Assembly: GCF_963921235.1 (NCBI RefSeq)
Contig: NC_086103.1
Coordinates: forward strand, 72,726,001-72,790,000
Length of the DNA stretch: 64,000 nucleotides
Direction of reading: 5' to 3'
Origin: Mobula hypostoma
Taxonomy: Eukaryota
The notes beneath the pieces were generated by a model. That model was not told the origin of the DNA. It did not search any database and saw only the letters and a list, made by a program, of their open reading frames with translations. The position numbers were made by a program, and so were the translations under genes. Numbering within the stretch: the first letter of the stretch is position 1; each line of letters begins with the position of its first letter. Positions 61,857-64,000 of the stretch are shown one piece after another.

Positions 61857-61908
61857 ATGTCTGCTACGGGCGTTGTGGCTCATTTGACAATAATGTTTCT
61901 TCTGTTGG
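61857..61908 (+). CDS. HAVCR/TIMD family: TIM/HAVCR-family receptor, exon 1 (signal peptide MSATGVVAHLTIMFLLL-G)
   Basis: ATG with G at -3, hydrophobic core, phase-1 donor G|GTACGT that joins in frame to the IgV exon. Confidence 0.8.
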
Positions 61909-62642
61909 GTACGTTTCAGAAAGCAGGAATTGAATTAGCTTGTTCAATCTTGTTGTTTTAACCTCTTGGACGCAGTAGTTGAGATGGAGACTGTGTGTGA
62001 GTGTTAGAGCCGGGAGGGATACAGCCGACACCCCGAGTGATGCCGGGCGCTGCTGGTTTTTGCAGATTAATGGATGTGGGGTGTGGGGGGGGGGTTGGTG
62101 GTGGATTGACGGGGTGAGTGAACTTGGAGGACTGATCATTGCTGATCTGAATGGACTAAGAAACAAGACCAAAGCTCGGAATATCCCCAATCATTGCGGT
62201 GAAGGTTTGGGTGCACAGTGGGTATGTGAGTAGAAAAATGAATCCCAGATCCAAAATGGCAAGAGAGGAGAATGATTTCAATACTCGAGATCACAATCGG
62301 ATCTTCGTACCTTCCCTGCATGTTTCTGTATCAGTGACAGAACAGCTCTCTGAAATGTTACCGCTGGACTATCGGTTGTGTCAAAACTACAGAAATGCAA
62401 TGCAATCACCACATCCTACTCAGGGTCAGCTGAGGGGTGGCTGTTTCAGGATGTGGGAAATGCCTAATAATATCCACATGCTTTTGAATACGTAGAAATT
62501 TTCCGTAATATTCCTCAGATGCCGCCCGGCAGGTAAAATGGATCACATTCCCGTTGCTCGGGCAGGTTTCTAAACTGTAGGCACACCCGTCTGATCATCC
62601 CATTCAGCGCCATCTGTAACTTTCTTTCCTGGATTCTTTCAG

Positions 62643-62990
62643 GTCGAGTCGCCTTCGTCTCTGGGACAAACGTGCGAGGAGTCACGGGACAGTCGATCAC
62701 ACTGCCGTGCCACTATTCTGTCGGAAAATATGTAAAAAGAGCGATGTGCTGGGGTCGGGGACAGTGCCCTTTAAGCGGCTGCGGACACGTGTTGATTGGA
62801 ACAAATGGACACAGAGTAACTTCTGTAACATCCCAGAAATACAGTCTTGGTGGTAGAATTGCGGCAGGAGATGTGTCGCTCACCATAAATGATCTACAGA
62901 GAGAAGATAGCGGCTGGTATTGTTGCCGTGTGCGGATGCCGGGACTGTTTAATGATCTGATAACGAATTTGAATCTCCGGGTTTTGGACG
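62643..62990 (+). CDS. HAVCR/TIMD family: TIM/HAVCR-family receptor, exon 2 (IgV domain); downstream exons not found in the window
   Basis: TTCTTTCAG acceptor, GTAAGC donor, phase 1-1, 348 nt, open. GQSITLPCHY..CWGRGQCPLSGC..GDVSLTI..EDSGWYCCRV..PGLFND shows the six-Cys TIM pattern and FG-loop FND motif. Orthology (TIM1/3/4) cannot be assigned. Confidence 0.95.
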
Positions 62991-63026
62991 GTAAGCAGCT
63001 CAATATTACATGACTCTGTGTCAGAA

Positions 63027-63331
63027 ATGGCGGCATAGCGGTGTAGATGCTAGTATATTTTGCACACATCTCCTGTGATTCTGGTTCGATCCCGAGCTCT
63101 TCTGCTTATTGTGCGGAAATCATATGTCCTTCCTTGCTTCCTCCAGTGCTCTGAGATCGCAAGAACAGGTTAGTAGATTAATCGGTCAGCGTAATCTACC
63201 TCTAATGTAAATTAACAGCAGGACAATGGCGGGGAGCTAAGTTTCCAAGGAAATATGGGGGATGTATCTGATGGGAATCTTGGGCAGCTGATATGGTCGC
63301 GATGGGCTGAACGGCCCTCCTCTGCCCCCGA
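63027..63331 (+). mobile_element. HE1/V-SINE-like element in intron 2
   Basis: tRNA-like head (GGCGGCATAGCGG..GGTTCGATCCC), V-domain-like centre, CR1-type tail GGGCTGAACGGCCCTCCTCTG. Confidence 0.75.
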
Positions 63332-63559
63332 GAACATAAGAAATAACACAATGAATACTGATTTATTGTTCGCTCTGTTGTATATCCAGTACAATGGATA
63401 ATGTGCAGGATAACAACGGCAGGACAGTACAATGTGATATGGACAAAGAGTGCATTGTCTGAGATTCTCTGGAGAGAATTGTTTTGTGTGTTGCATCAGA
63501 TATACAACACAAAATAATGGGCTTCGTGTGCCAATAACAGTGTTAATGCTGCTGTCGTA

Positions 63560-64000
63560 GGAGCATAACCAATAGAAACAGGGGTTGTCCACTGGGCATT
63601 TCTGGCTGTTCCACCATTCATTCAGAATGTGGTTGATCTTCTTTCTACCTCAGCACCATTTTCCATCATTGTCCTGTATCCCTTGACTCCATGTCCAGAC
63701 ATCTATCAATCTGTGTTTTGAACAAATATGAAGAATGGGCATCTGTAAACTAAAGGATCACGATCACAGAAAGATCTTCTTCTGCTGAGCTTTATAAGAT
63801 ACTAATTAGGCTGCACTGAGAGTATTGGCTACAGTTTTGGGCCCCTTAGCTCAGGAAGGATGTGTTGTCATTGGAGAGATTACAGAGGAGGTTCTCGGGG
63901 ATGATTACGGGATTCAAGGAGTTAACATGTGAGGAGCATTTGGCAGCTTTGGGCCTGTACTCACTGGAATTTAGAAAAATGTGGGAAGATATCATTGAAA
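63560..64000. mobile_element. CR1 fragments
   Basis: RLH*EYWLQFWAP.LRKDVLSLERLQRRF on the + strand, preceded by a short minus-strand CR1 3' UTR piece. Confidence 0.75.

Noticed and set aside
61464-62233. Several overlapping short ORFs upstream of the IgV exon
   Set aside because: By-products of GC-rich promoter and intron sequence; the spliced model 61857-61908 plus 62643-62990 explains the region.
62672-63013. The 113-aa ORF as a stand-alone secreted Ig protein
   Set aside because: It starts at GTG inside the exon and runs past a canonical GTAAGC donor; it is an internal exon.

Overview
Vertebrate genomic DNA that is mostly transposable elements. The repeat set (CR1/HER1-like LINEs, HE1/V-SINE-like SINEs, Rex1/Babar, L1, Penelope termini, Ty3/Gypsy LTRs) suggests a cartilaginous fish, probably a ray; this is inference only. 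The one convincing intact host gene is a TIM/HAVCR-family receptor on the + strand: leader exon 61857-61908 and six-cysteine IgV exon 62643-62990, with the rest outside the window. An inverted, pseudogenised paralogous IgV exon lies at 31270-31615 (-), with scattered candidate leader, mucin, TM and tail exons on the - strand. Best observations: (1) a complete two-LTR mini element (49852-52398, 5-bp TSD) with a 158-bp internal region and an 11-nt Tf1/sushi-type self-priming signature; (2) a class III (ERV-L-like) gag followed by a CWIC env remnant with no recognisable pol; (3) a Penelope-type minimal hammerhead ribozyme fold; (4) a CR1>L1>Rex1 nest with both TSDs readable; (5) a duplicated pair of mucin-like exons with complementary inactivation. 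All family calls come from motif recognition by eye; no database search was run, and boundaries of degraded elements are approximate.
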